Both the position numbers and the translations under genes were made by a program. The notes below the pieces were generated by a model that was not told where the DNA came from, searched no databases, and saw only the letters and a list, made by a program, of their open reading frames with translations. A stretch of DNA of 64,000 nt from Dictyostelium discoideum (lineage: Eukaryota), in assembly GCA_000004695.1 (NCBI GenBank), contig CM000155.2, positions 3,232,001-3,296,000 on the forward strand, given 5' to 3'. Shown one piece after another: positions 9,196 to 20,546 of the stretch; the first letter of the stretch is position 1, and each line of letters begins with the position of its first letter.

Positions 9196-9987
9196 ATGTC
9201 ACAAAATGAATATGACAAAAATGATTCACTTTTTAATAAATTTTCAAATAAAAATTTAACTATAGAGAATGAAACTCTACTATTTTCAATGATACCATGG
9301 GAAATTGTTAAGAATGGAAATGTTATTGATTTTGGTTGTGGTAATGGATGGTTTTGTAGAGAAATGATTGAAAAAGGTGTAAACCAAATTATTGGTGTTG
9401 ACATTTCTGAAAAATTAATTAAAAAAGCAATAGAATTAAATAAAGATAATAATGAAAAATCAAAATATTATGTCACTGATTTAGATAATTTCCAACTTAA
9501 TGAAACTCCTTTTAATTCATTAATTGGTTCATTTGATTTTGCATTTAGTTCATATTTAACTCATTATTTATCAGATTTAGAATCATTTTTTAAAAAAGTT
9601 TACAATTTATTAAAATCAAATAATAATAATGGTAGTAGTTTTATATTTTTTGCAGAACATCCAATGAGAACTTCAACAAAATGTATTGAAAATAAATTTA
9701 TTAGTCATAAATTTGAAGGTGATGAAAATTCAAAAATGGTTTGGCCAATTTCAAATTATAGTGAAGAAGGTAAAAGAGTTACTAAATGGGCTGGATCAAA
9801 TGGAATTGTTAAATATCATTATACAATTGAAACTTATGTAAACACTTTAATTAAAGTAGGTTTTAAAATTGATTATATAGGTGAATTAAATCTTGTAGAA
9901 AAACAATTACAACTTTGCAATTCTGGTGATATAACAATAGAAGCAAATAGTCCATTTACACTATTTATTAAAGTAATAAAAAATTAA
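9196..9987 (+). CDS. Class I SAM-dependent methyltransferase, paralog 2 (263 aa, no Asn tracts).
   Basis: Same motifs as 6981-7889. Tandem duplicate 2.2 kb downstream. Confidence 0.8.
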   Translation: MSQNEYDKNDSLFNKFSNKNLTIENETLLFSMIPWEIVKNGNVIDFGCGNGWFCREMIEKGVNQIIGVDISEKLIKKAIELNKDNNEKSKYYVTDLDNFQLNETPFNSLIGSFDFAFSSYLTHYLSDLESFFKKVYNLLKSNNNNGSSFIFFAEHPMRTSTKCIENKFISHKFEGDENSKMVWPISNYSEEGKRVTKWAGSNGIVKYHYTIETYVNTLIKVGFKIDYIGELNLVEKQLQLCNSGDITIEANSPFTLFIKVIKN

Positions 9988-10620
9988 TTAAAGAAAGCTT
10001 TAATTTTTTTAAAAAAGTAAATCATTTTTATATTAAAAAAAAAAAATAAAAAAAATAAAAAAAAAAAAATAAAAAAAATAAAAAAAAAAGATTTTTTAAT
10101 CTTTTTTTTTTTTTCACCTATCCTTTTTGACAAATTAACACAGCAATTTCAAAAGTTATGTTTAAAAATTAATTATTTATTTTTTTTTCCCCACCATTTT
10201 AGCTTTTTTTTGATACACACAGAATAATAAAGAAATATTAATAAAAATAAAGAAATAATAATAAAATTCTTTTTTTTTTTTTTTAAAAAATTATTATTTT
10301 ATTAATTACCAATCACGTAGTTTAGTGTGCTCGAAATTGATAAAATTATTATGTTAACAGACACGAAATATGTTCGTTTTACAATTTAAAAAAATAATGC
10401 AGTTTCTGTTTCTCGTTAAAATAATTGTGACCTAAACAAAAATTAAAAAAAAAAAAAATAAAAAAACAATTAAATAAAAAATAAAAATAAAAAATAAAAT
10501 AAAACTGGGATTCAAAAATAAAAGCAAGCTCTAATCTATTATAATTTTTAATTAAATATGTGTTAATCTAATTCTTCAATACACCTCTAAACTTTTCACT
10601 TATATAAAAAAAAAAAAAAA

Positions 10621-10905
10621 ATGACATTAATTGGTATACCACGTGGTACACCTCAAATTGAAGTTATGTTTGATGTTGATAGTAATGGTATTTTAAATGT
10701 TGCAGCTGAAGATAAAACTTCTAAAAAAGTTGAAAAAATAACTATCACCAATGACAAAGGTCGTCCCTCTCTAAAAGATATTAATAAAATGGTTGAAGAT
10801 GCAGAGAAATTTAAAGAACAAGATCAACAACAAATTTTGAAAGTTTATTTTACAAATTATTGCATAAATAAAAAAAAAAAAAAAGATTTACAAAATTTTA
10901 TTTAA
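10621..10905 (+). pseudogene. Internally deleted Hsp70 pseudogene. The first 18 nt of the hsp70 CDS (ATGACAtcAATTGGTATA) are fused to the substrate-binding-domain segment PRGTPQIEV...[10 protein letters not shown], then the sequence diverges.
   Basis: ~90% nucleotide identity of 10639-10845 to 12643-12850 of the adjacent hsp70. The start is identical to 11242-11259. Confidence 0.75.
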
Positions 10906-11241
10906 AATAATAAAATGAGAAAATAATATAATTTTAAAAAACCAATAGTATTTAATGTATTTTTTTAATTAAAATTATAGAAATCCTATCCCTTGTTTAA
11001 ACAAATCTAATCGAAAAATCTGGTGAATTTCAACTGTTTCCCAAAAATGTGAAATTTCAGAAAATTAAATTTAAAAAAAAAAGCAAAAAAAAAAAAACTA
11101 TTTATATTCGCTGTTTTATTTTTAATTTCTATTATTAATTATTTCTTTTTTTTTATATTTATATATATTAATTATTTTCTTATTACTTTTTTCGTTATTA
11201 AATTTAAATTTTTAATAGATTATTAAAAAAAAAAAAAAAAA

Positions 11242-13134
11242 ATGACATCAATTGGTATAGATTTAGGAACAACATATTCTTGTGTTGGTGTTTGGTTGAA
11301 TGATCGTGTTGAAATTATTGCAAATGATCAAGGTAATAGAACTACTCCATCATATGTTGCATTCAATGATACAGAGCGTTTAATTGGTGATGCTGCAAAG
11401 AATCAAGTTGCAATGAATCCAATAAATACAGTTTTCGATGCAAAACGTTTAATTGGTAGGAAATTTTCAGATAGTGTTGTTCAAAGTGATATGAAACATT
11501 GGCCATTTAAAGTTATAACAAATAAAAACGATGATAAACCATTAATTCAAGTTGATTTCAAAGGTGAAACTAAAACATTCTCACCTGAAGAAATTTCATC
11601 AATGGTATTATCAAAAATGAAAGAAACTGCTGAATCATATTTAGGTAAACCTGTTAACAATGCAGTTATAACAGTTCCAGCTTATTTCAATGATGGACAA
11701 CGTCAAGCAACTAAGGATGCTGGTACAATTTCAAAATTAAATGTTCAACGTATCATTAATGAACCAAGTGCTGCTGCTATTGCATATGGTTTAGATAAGA
11801 AAGGTAGTAAAAGTGGTGAAATAAAAGTTTTAATATTCGATTTGGGTGGTGGTACATTTGATGTTTCATTACTATCAATTGATGATGGTGTATTTGAAGT
11901 TTTAGCAACAGCTGGTGATACTCATTTAGGTGGTGAAGATTTTGATAATCGTTTAGTGAATCACTTTGTAGATGAATTCAAACGTAAACATAAGAAGGAT
12001 ATAATGGGTAACCAACGTGCTCTTCGTCGTTTGAGAACTGCATGTGAACGTGCAAAAAGAACACTATCATCATCATCTCAAGCATCAGTTGAAATTGATT
12101 CACTTTATGATGGTATTGATTTCTATACCTCAATTACCAGAGCACGTTTTGAAGAACTTTGTTCTGACCTTTTCAATAATTGTATTGAACCAGTTGAAAA
12201 AGTTTTAAAAGATTGTAAATTGGATAAGAAATCAATAGATGAAATTGTATTAGTTGGTGGTTCAACTCGTATTCCAAAAGTTCAACAATTAATTCAAAAT
12301 CTTTTCAATGGTAAAGAATTAAATAAATCAATTAATCCTGACGAAGCCGTTGCATATGGTGCAGCAGTACAAGCTGCTATTCTATCAGGTGATAAAAGCT
12401 CAAGAATCTCTGAATTAATTTTCATTGATGTTGCACCATTATCATTGGGTATTGAAACTGTTGGTGGTGTAATGACAAACATCGTTCCAAGAAACACAAT
12501 TATCCCATGTAAAAAGACACAAACTTTTTCAACTCACACAGATAATCAAAGTGGTGTTTTAATTCAAGTTTATGAGGGTGAACGTACAATGACAAAAGAT
12601 AATAATCTATTGGGTAAATTTGAATTAACTGGTATCCCACCAGCACCACGTGGTACACCTCAAATTGAAGTTAGTTTCGATGTTGATAGTAATGGTATTT
12701 TAAATGTTACAGCTGAAGATAAAACTACTAAAAAAGTTGAAAAAATAACTATCACCAATGACAAAGGTCGTCTCTCTCTAAAAGATATTACTAAAATGGT
12801 TGAAGATGCAGAGAAATTTAAAGAACAAGATCAACAACAAAAAGAACGTATTGAATCAAAGAATAATCTTGAAAACTATATATTTTCTGTAAAAAATTCA
12901 ATTAATGACCAGAAAATCATTTCAAAACTCTCTAAATCTGATAAAAATATTATTGAATCTGAAACTGAAAGTACTCTTAAATGGTTAGAATCAAATCAAT
13001 CTGCCGAAAAGGATGAATTTAATCAAAAGATATCAGATCTTGAATCAATTGTTAACCCAATCCTTAGTAAATTCTATCAAGGTAATAATAATCCAAAACC
13101 AACCACAACTACTTTTAACCAAGATCTTGATTAA
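11242..13134 (+). CDS. Hsp70 family chaperone (630 aa, single exon). The C-terminus is ...FNQDLD rather than EEVD.
   Basis: [36 protein letters not shown] and SBD motifs across the full length. Confidence 0.95.
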   Translation: MTSIGIDLGTTYSCVGVWLNDRVEIIANDQGNRTTPSYVAFNDTERLIGDAAKNQVAMNPINTVFDAKRLIGRKFSDSVVQSDMKHWPFKVITNKNDDKPLIQVDFKGETKTFSPEEISSMVLSKMKETAESYLGKPVNNAVITVPAYFNDGQRQATKDAGTISKLNVQRIINEPSAAAIAYGLDKKGSKSGEIKVLIFDLGGGTFDVSLLSIDDGVFEVLATAGDTHLGGEDFDNRLVNHFVDEFKRKHKKDIMGNQRALRRLRTACERAKRTLSSSSQASVEIDSLYDGIDFYTSITRARFEELCSDLFNNCIEPVEKVLKDCKLDKKSIDEIVLVGGSTRIPKVQQLIQNLFNGKELNKSINPDEAVAYGAAVQAAILSGDKSSRISELIFIDVAPLSLGIETVGGVMTNIVPRNTIIPCKKTQTFSTHTDNQSGVLIQVYEGERTMTKDNNLLGKFELTGIPPAPRGTPQIEVSFDVDSNGILNVTAEDKTTKKVEKITITNDKGRLSLKDITKMVEDAEKFKEQDQQQKERIESKNNLENYIFSVKNSINDQKIISKLSKSDKNIIESETESTLKWLESNQSAEKDEFNQKISDLESIVNPILSKFYQGNNNPKPTTTTFNQDLD

Positions 13135-13643
13135 AATTAAATATATAAATTTCAGTGTAAAAAAATAAAAAAATTAAATATACATTCCATAAAGTTTTCC
13201 TTTTCCCAATCATTTCTCTACAAAACCATCCATTACTACAAATAATAATTTTCTAAAATATCAAAAAAAAAATAAAAAAAAAAAATAAAAAAAAAAATAA
13301 AAAAAAAAAAAAATTTATTAATTTTTTTTTGGAGTGACAGAATTCTGTTCTGTTCTGTGGTTGTATTTAAATTCAATTATATTCTCATTTTAATTATATT
13401 GATATTTGTAGTCATTTAAATATTTTTAGTGGTAGACTTCAAATGATCTTTCTTTGAACATTTGTTGAGTTTTGTAATATATAAAACAAATATTTATCTG
13501 TTTTGGTAACTTTTTATTTAATTGTTTTTATTTGAAAAAAAAAAATAAAATAAAATAAAGAATTAAAAATAAAAAATAAATTAGAAAATTAAAATAACGA
13601 AATATTAAATGAAAAAAGGGGTAAAAATATCTTTATTTTATTT

Positions 13644-13674
<31 letters not shown>

Positions 13675-14115
13675 GACACAGAGTTTGTGGTTTTAATAAA
13701 TAAAAACGAATTTGTTTATCATTAATTTGAAATTTCATTTTTTTATAATTTTATCCGTTTTTGTATAATTTGTCAAAAATGTATATTTATAAATGAAACA
13801 AAGAATTTGTTTACTTGAAATTCTATTGTGGTTAAATTTTTGACTTTGTAGGATTGTAATTTAAATTACAAATTATAATAATTTGGAAAAAATAGATTTT
13901 CAATTTAATTATTTTTTTTTTAAAAAAAAAAAAAAAGTATAAATTAAAAATAAATTTTAATGTTTTATTTCATTCACAAATTATTTAATTACAAAATAAA
14001 ATAACAAAAATAAAATGACACTCTTTTGTAAGAATTTAATTATATTTTTTATTTAATTTAAAAATAAAGTTACTAATTTATTTATTTTAAAAAACTATTA
14101 GCTTCAATCTCATCA

Positions 14116-14355
14116 ATGTCAAGTTCAATGACAAGCTCAAAATCCAGCTTTGCATCTTTTGGTAATGGAACAAGGGTGAGTTCAAATTCAATTGCATGTA
14201 GTGTTGACTGTGACGGCAAAGGTGTTAGCTCAGGATCAGACTTAACAGGAGGCGCTAAATCAGGTGGAGATTGTGGTGGTAAAGGAAGACCAAATAATCA
14301 TGGTCATGGTCATGAAAATTGTCATGGTGGTAAAGGTCCAGGAAATTCATGTTAA
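14116..14355 (+). CDS. Small Gly/Ser/Cys/His-rich protein (79 aa), hssA/2C/7E-family-like.
   Basis: Local GC-rich island in an AT-rich intergenic region. Composition (G, S, C, H, N) and size resemble the Dictyostelium HssA/B-related small proteins. No detectable homology can be checked here. Confidence 0.4.
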   Translation: MSSSMTSSKSSFASFGNGTRVSSNSIACSVDCDGKGVSSGSDLTGGAKSGGDCGGKGRPNNHGHGHENCHGGKGPGNSC

Positions 14356-14429
14356 TGTTAATATTAATTTGTACTACAATGTAATATTACATTATTTAAA
14401 ATAAAATGGCGATTAAAAAAATGTGTGGA

Positions 14430-14432
14430 GCT

Positions 14433-14491
<59 letters not shown>

Positions 14492-14492
14492 T
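14430..14492. repeat. (TTTA)n microsatellite, ~15 units.
   Basis: Read directly. Confidence 0.9.
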
Positions 14493-14807
14493 ATATATTT
14501 TTATTTTTATTTTTATTTTTAATTTTTTTTTTATTTTTATTTATTTTTTTATTTAATTTCTTTTTTTATAACCATGTGGAAATTAAATTTTTAAATGTTT
14601 TTTTTTTTTAAAAAAAGATATTTTTTTTTTTTTATTTTTTTTTTTGATGATTTTTCATCAACACAAATAATTAATAATGAATGTTTTTGAATTAATTAAA
14701 AAAAAAATTATTTATAAATCACTTATTTATTAAAATAATATTTTATTTTATTTTATTTTATCTATATTTTCATACAGTTAAGCTTAACTTTTTACAAATT
14801 TTATAAA

Positions 14808-16517
14808 ATGCCATCAATGGGTATAGATTTAGGAACAACATATTCTTGTGTTGGTGTTTGCAATGAAAAAGGTCGTATTGAAATTATTGCAAATGATCAA
14901 GGTAATAGAACTACCCCATCATATGTTTCATTTAATAATAGAGAATGTTTAATTGGAGATGATGCAATGAATCAAGTTGCAATGAATCCAGTTAATACCA
15001 TTTTCGATGTAAAACGTTTATTTGGTAGAAAATATTCAGATAGTGTTGTTCAAAGTGATATGAAACTTTGGCCATTTAAAGTTATAGCAAATAAATTTGA
15101 TGATAAACCATTAATTCAAGTTGATTTCAAAGGTGAAACTAAAACATTCTCACCTGAAGAAATTTCATCAATGGTATTATCAAAAATGAAAGAAATTGTA
15201 GAACAACACTTGGGTGAACCTGTTACAGATGCAGTTATAACAGTTCCAGCTTATTTCAATGATAGACAGCGCCATGCAACCAAATATGCAGGTACAATTT
15301 CAAATTTAAATGTATTAAGAATTATTAATGAACCAACTGCTACTGCAATTGCATATGGTTTACATAGGAGAGGTATTGATGATATGAAAGTTTTAATAAT
15401 CGATCTAGGTGGTGGTACATTTGATGTTTCATTATTCAATATAGAAGATGGTATATATGAAATTTTATTATCAGGTGGTGACAATCATTTAGGTGGTGCG
15501 GATTTTAATAATCGTTTAATGAATCACTTTATAGATGAATTTAAACTTAAACATAAAAAAGATATAACCAATAATCAACGTGCTATTTTTCGTTTAAGAA
15601 CTGCATGTGAACGTGCAAAGAGAACTTTATCAATTTCATCATTAGCATCGATTGAAATTGACTCACTTTATGATGGTATTGATTTTTATTCAACAATTAC
15701 AAGAACACATTTTGAAAAACTTTGTTCTGACCTTTTCCATAGTTGTATCGATCATGTTGAAACAATTTTAAATAAATGTAAATTAGATAAAAGTTTAGTA
15801 GATGAAATTGTATTAGCTGGTGGTTCAACTCAAATTCCAAAGATACAAAGAATGTTTAAAGAATACTTCAATGGTAAAGAATTTAACAACTCGATTAACC
15901 CTGATGAAGTTGTTGCATATGGTGCAGCAGTACAATCTGGAGTTATTTCAGGCAAAGGTTCAAACTTTCCTCAACTTATTTTTTTAAATGTTACACCATT
16001 ATCAATGGGTATTGAAACTGTTGGTGGAATAATGACAAATCTTGTTGAAAGAAATACTCATATTCCTATTAAAAAAACGCAAACTTTTTCAACCCAATAT
16101 GATAATCAAACCAATGTTTTAATTCAAATTTATGAAGGTGAACGTACAATGACTAAAGATAATAATCTAATTGGTACATTTGAATTAAATGGTATCCCAC
16201 CAGCACCACGTGGTGTTACCCAGATTGAAGTTTGTTTTGATGTTGATATAGATGGTATATTAACAGTTAGTGCAGAAGATAAAACCACAAAAAAAGTTCA
16301 AAAAATCACCATCTCCAATATTAATGATCATCTCTCAAAAGTAGAGATTGAAAAAATGATAGTAGATGGTGAGAAATTTAAACAACAAGATCAACAACAA
16401 AAAAAAGAACTTATTGAATCAAATTATAAAATATATTGTGGTGATGAAAACACATTAGATTTTGAAATTACTCAAAAATTGTTAGGATCAGCTCAATCTA
16501 CTGAAATGAACGAATGA
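14808..16517 (+). CDS. Divergent Hsp70 paralog (569 aa). Lacks the C-terminal lid/tail and has many substitutions (about 75% identical to 11242-13134).
   Basis: Conserved NBD and SBD-beta motifs are retained. It ends soon after the QQDQQQK segment. Confidence 0.85.
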   Translation: MPSMGIDLGTTYSCVGVCNEKGRIEIIANDQGNRTTPSYVSFNNRECLIGDDAMNQVAMNPVNTIFDVKRLFGRKYSDSVVQSDMKLWPFKVIANKFDDKPLIQVDFKGETKTFSPEEISSMVLSKMKEIVEQHLGEPVTDAVITVPAYFNDRQRHATKYAGTISNLNVLRIINEPTATAIAYGLHRRGIDDMKVLIIDLGGGTFDVSLFNIEDGIYEILLSGGDNHLGGADFNNRLMNHFIDEFKLKHKKDITNNQRAIFRLRTACERAKRTLSISSLASIEIDSLYDGIDFYSTITRTHFEKLCSDLFHSCIDHVETILNKCKLDKSLVDEIVLAGGSTQIPKIQRMFKEYFNGKEFNNSINPDEVVAYGAAVQSGVISGKGSNFPQLIFLNVTPLSMGIETVGGIMTNLVERNTHIPIKKTQTFSTQYDNQTNVLIQIYEGERTMTKDNNLIGTFELNGIPPAPRGVTQIEVCFDVDIDGILTVSAEDKTTKKVQKITISNINDHLSKVEIEKMIVDGEKFKQQDQQQKKELIESNYKIYCGDENTLDFEITQKLLGSAQSTEMNE

Positions 16518-16933
16518 CTAAACTCAGTCCAAAATAAAAGTAATTGTTTTTTTATTAATAATATAGGTAGTATCATTTAATCCTTTCATATGTACAAAAA
16601 TAATAAAAATAATAATAATAATAATAATAATTCACTTTTAAATAAATCCAAATGAAACTATAGTATGTGTTTCAATCAATAACAACTTTTATTTCCTTTT
16701 ATTTTTTTTTTTATTTTTTTTTATTTTTATTTTTATTTGTTTATATATTGTATAAGAAAAAAACACTCCTGTATAGTTTATAACATCATCTACTATTTTA
16801 GTATAATAATAATAATATAAACTATACATGGATTATTTTTCTTATACAATTTATTTAAACTAATAAAAATAAAAAATAAAAAAATAAAAAAAAAAGAATT
16901 AATAGAAAATGTATAGATATTTATTTATATATT

Positions 16934-17221
16934 TTAATTTTTTGGTTTTATTAATTTATTCTTTTTTGAATGATTTAAAAATTCTGCATATCCACCAACA
17001 AAACTTTTGGCATCATCAGTACAACCCTCAATAACCAATGGACATGTAGTATGATATCTTGCTTTATGTCCTAAACCTGTTGTTTGTTTCTCTAAATATT
17101 CTTTCCATTCCTCTCTATCACATTCTTTATTTTCAACTTTTATATTTTTATTATTACTATCAATATGTTTACCTAATTGAACTGCTTTTTGATAATATGG
17201 ACCTTTTTTTTTTTTTTTCAT
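16934..17221 (-). CDS. Small hypothetical protein (95 aa) with Cys residues (ECD...CPLVIEGC).
   Basis: Intact ORF with a Dictyostelium-style MKKKKK start. Compositionally normal, not low-complexity. No family recognised. Confidence 0.4.
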   Translation of the reverse strand: MKKKKKGPYYQKAVQLGKHIDSNNKNIKVENKECDREEWKEYLEKQTTGLGHKARYHTTCPLVIEGCTDDAKSFVGGYAEFLNHSKKNKLIKPKN

Positions 17222-17526
17222 TTAAAAAGTTAATTGGTATTTTTTTTTTTTTTTTTTTTTTTTTTCAATACACTTTTGTATTTAGAGATTCAAAAATACA
17301 AACATTGTGGATATCCATGTATAGTGAAACATGTTTCCTCTCCAAATAAAAATGAATTTAATGATTGCATTTGTTTAAAATCTGTAGAACTAATTAATGA
17401 AAATAATAAAAAAAAAAAATTGAAAAAGAAAAAAAATAAAAAAAAAAAGCAAAAAACGTAAAACGTTGTCCAGATAGAATAAATTAAAAAATAAATTAAA
17501 AAATTAAAAAATTAAAAAAAATTACT

Positions 17527-18064
17527 TTAAATGTTAAAATTTATTTTAGCTTTCTTTTTAGATATTTCCAAAAGGCTATGTTTCAATTTAACTTCATAAT
17601 CTTTTTCAAAATTATTATTATTATTGTTTTTATTATTATTATTATTGTTATTATTATTATTTTCAATATTTTCAACACTACCATCAATTTCATTTCCATC
17701 TTCATTATTATTATCATTATTATCATCTCCATTATCACCAATATCATTTATTTTTCTCTTTGAATAAATTAATCTCATTTGATTTAAACCTAATTTATAA
17801 CTTGATTGGAATTTTTCATAAACATTTGGTTTCCATTTTAAACAATGTAAAGTTTGAGATCTTTCAGCTTTTTTCATCATAGAAATATAATATTTAATTT
17901 CTGATTTATCAACAATTGTATAAGAAACACCAAAATTTCCAGCACGAGCAGTTCTACCAACTCTATGAACGTATAATGTAATATTTGGTGGTGTATTATA
18001 ATTAATTACAACATCAATATCTTGAATATCCATACCTCTAGACATAATATCACTACAAATTAAA
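17527..18064 (-). CDS. DEAD-box RNA helicase, exon 3 of 3 (motif V ILICSDIMSRGMDI, motif VI HRVGRTARAG, acidic Asn-rich tail).
   Basis: Acceptor ctatatAG. The junction gives ...NQIDILICSD..., matching the helicase consensus. Total protein is about 574 aa. Confidence 0.8.
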
Positions 18065-18153
18065 CTATATAGTCATATCATAATTAAAAATAAAAAAATA
18101 AAAAAATTAATATTAATTTTATGAATTATAAAAAAAAAAAAAAAATACATTAC

Positions 18154-18645
18154 ATATCAATTTGATTTAATTTAAATCTTGATAATAAATCAGCTCTTTC
18201 AACAGTTGATAAAGATGAAGAATATTCTTCACATGTGAATTTTAATTTATCAACTTGACCAATTAATTTTAATAATGTATTTAATCTATGAGTGATATCA
18301 ACTGATTTTGTAAAACAAATGATTTTCTTTTTATTTTCACCATTTGCATTGTTTTTTAATAATGATTCATAAATAATATTTAATAAAACCAATGGTTTTT
18401 GATCACCATTTGAAATGATATAACATTCTTTTAATGTTGATGGCATACTATATTTAATTTCTTTAGTTTTACTAGTTGTAAAAAATAATGGTGCATTCAA
18501 TTGTAATAATGAAATCTTTGATGGATTATATGTCATTGTTGCTGATAATAATAATTTAACCAATTTAAATTCACTCCAACATAAATGATTCATTTGATTA
18601 TTATTATCTTTTAATGATATTGATTTTTCAAATAATTCAATATCA
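18154..18645 (-). CDS. DEAD-box RNA helicase, exon 2 of 3 (motif III SAT). Acceptor t20AG, donor at|GTAATG, phase 2.
   Basis: The splice restores GGT Gly and the reading ...NSKGDIELFEKS... continuously into LLLSATMT. Confidence 0.8.
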
Positions 18646-18720
18646 CTAAAAAAAAAAAAAAAAAAAAAGTTAATATATTACAATAAATTTATAATAATAA
18701 TAATAAAATTAATAATTTAC

Positions 18721-19415
18721 CCTTTACTATTATATTTTATTAATTGTTCTTCTTGTTGTTGATTTAAATCAGAATGTTGATTTGTTGAATCAATTACAAT
18801 TTCTAACCAATCTTGAAAACTTTGTCTTAATAATCTATCAGCTTCATCAATTACTAAATAATTTAAATATTTTAAGGTGAAACCTAAAGTTTCATTTATA
18901 TGATCAACGATTCTACCAGGTGTTGAAACGATGATATCAACCAAACTTTCATAAAGTGCATGTTCGCCATATGAATGATTTTTAATTAATAATTTTTGTT
19001 CAATGTGAAATGGTTTTACACCTAATGAAAGTACAACTAAATCAGTTCCTTTAATAATTGATTGAAATGTTTTTTCAACTTGAATCACTAGATCATGAGT
19101 TGGTACAATCACTGCAACTCTAACTCTTCTAACTACTCTTTTAACAATTTTCTGTACTAATGGTATTGCATATGCCAATGTTTTACCACTACCTGTTGGT
19201 GCACAAACACAAATATCATGTCCTTCAGTACGATTTATAAATGGTACTATCTCTTGTTGAACTGGAAATAAATTTATAATTGATTGTTCTTTTAAATTAT
19301 TTATTAACCATTCTTCAATACCAAATGATTCCAATGTATTATTATTATTATTTATATTTTCATTATAATTTATTGTTGTCATTATTATAACGTATTGCAA
19401 CTTTTTTTTTTTCAA
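18721..19415 (-). CDS. DEAD-box RNA helicase, exon 1 of 3 (Q motif FPVQQ, motif I APTGSGKT, Ia PTHDL, TPGR, motif II DEAD). Donor gg|GTAAAT, phase 2.
   Basis: Motifs read directly. DDX51/Dbp6-like by its N-terminal organisation. Confidence 0.85.
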
Positions 19416-19576
19416 AAAATAAATGAAAATTGATAATTATTTCGTTCGTTTTTTCCAAAATTTTAAAAAAAAAAAAAAAAAATTAAAAAAAATTAAAAAA
19501 AAAAAAAAAATTTTTTTTTTAATTTTTTTTTATTAAAGGCAATCAATTTTTTTTTTGTCGACAAAGGATTTCAAAA

Positions 19577-20013
19577 ATGGGAGAAATTAATAATAATAAA
19601 GAAATAAATGAAAAAGATGATGAAATTAATAATAAAAGATTAAAATATGAAGGATTTATAAAAAAAGAAAAAAAGAAAAAACAAAAGATTGATCATTCAA
19701 TACCATTAAAAGAGAAACCAACTCAAGAAGATATTGATTCCCATAGTGAATGTTTATTTTGGATTGTAAATAAAAAAAAGCATAGAGCTGAATTTTGTAA
19801 ATATAAAAGAGCAAAAGATTCAATACTTTGTAATCATCATAAACCAATTGATCAAATATCTTCAGAACCGCAACCGCAACTAACTGATTATAATGGGGAC
19901 GATGTCACTGAAAATAATAATAATTCTACTACTACCACCACAGCCACTACCCAAGATGATAATTCCAAACCAAAAGAAAGAAAAAGAATACATTGTCCAT
20001 TAAATCCAACTCA
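19577..20013 (+). CDS. TRM13-like tRNA 2'-O-methyltransferase, exon 1 of 4 (CCCH zinc finger CLFW...CKYK...CNHH). Donor ca|GTATGT, phase 2.
   Basis: zf-TRM13_CCCH-like Cys/His spacing. Strong donor. Confidence 0.75.
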
Positions 20014-20098
20014 GTATGTATTTTTTTTTATTTTTTTTATTCTATTTTTAGAATTAGTATTTATATTAATAATTTTTTTTTAAAAAAAAAAAAAATAG

Positions 20099-20395
20099 TA
20101 TTATTTATGAATGTAAATTACAAAAACATTTAAAAGCATGTCCAAATGCAAAAGTTGGTCAAAAGAATGCACACATTGAATTATCAAAAAAAGAACCATA
20201 TTATAAAGAGAATATAAATGATTTAAATGAAAATGTAAAATTAACATTAGAACCAATAATTTTATCACAAGTTTCAACTGAAAATTTAATTAATATCTCT
20301 ATTAAATTGGATCAATTCTTTGAAAAATTCTTTAAAAATGAAATTCAATCTTTAAATCAAACACATAAATCTTTTGATAAAATTTTTAATTCAGA
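20099..20395 (+). CDS. TRM13-like, exon 2 of 4. The junction creates the CHHC zinc finger C-x5-H-x9-H-x3-C (CPLNPT H IIYECKLQK H LKA C).
   Basis: The spliced codon CA+T = His completes the CHHC (U11-48K-type) finger. Donor ga|GTATGT, phase 2. Confidence 0.75.
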
Positions 20396-20546
20396 GTATG
20401 TAATATTTAAATATATCATCACCTATAATAACAGCAGCAACAACAACAATATATTATTAATTGGAAAATAACTTATAATTTATTATTTATTATTAATATT
20501 AATATTATTATTTTAATTTTTAAAAAAAAAAAAATTAAAAAAATAG

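Noticed and set aside
12294-12497. Minus-strand ORFs inside the Hsp70 genes (12294-12497, 15251-15484).
   Set aside because: Antisense, with no independent support.
19981-20083. Hydrophobic C-terminal tail (YVFFFIFFILFLELVFILIIFF) of track ORF 19577-20083.
   Set aside because: Read-through into the intron after the GTATGT donor at 20014. Splicing yields the CHHC zinc finger instead.
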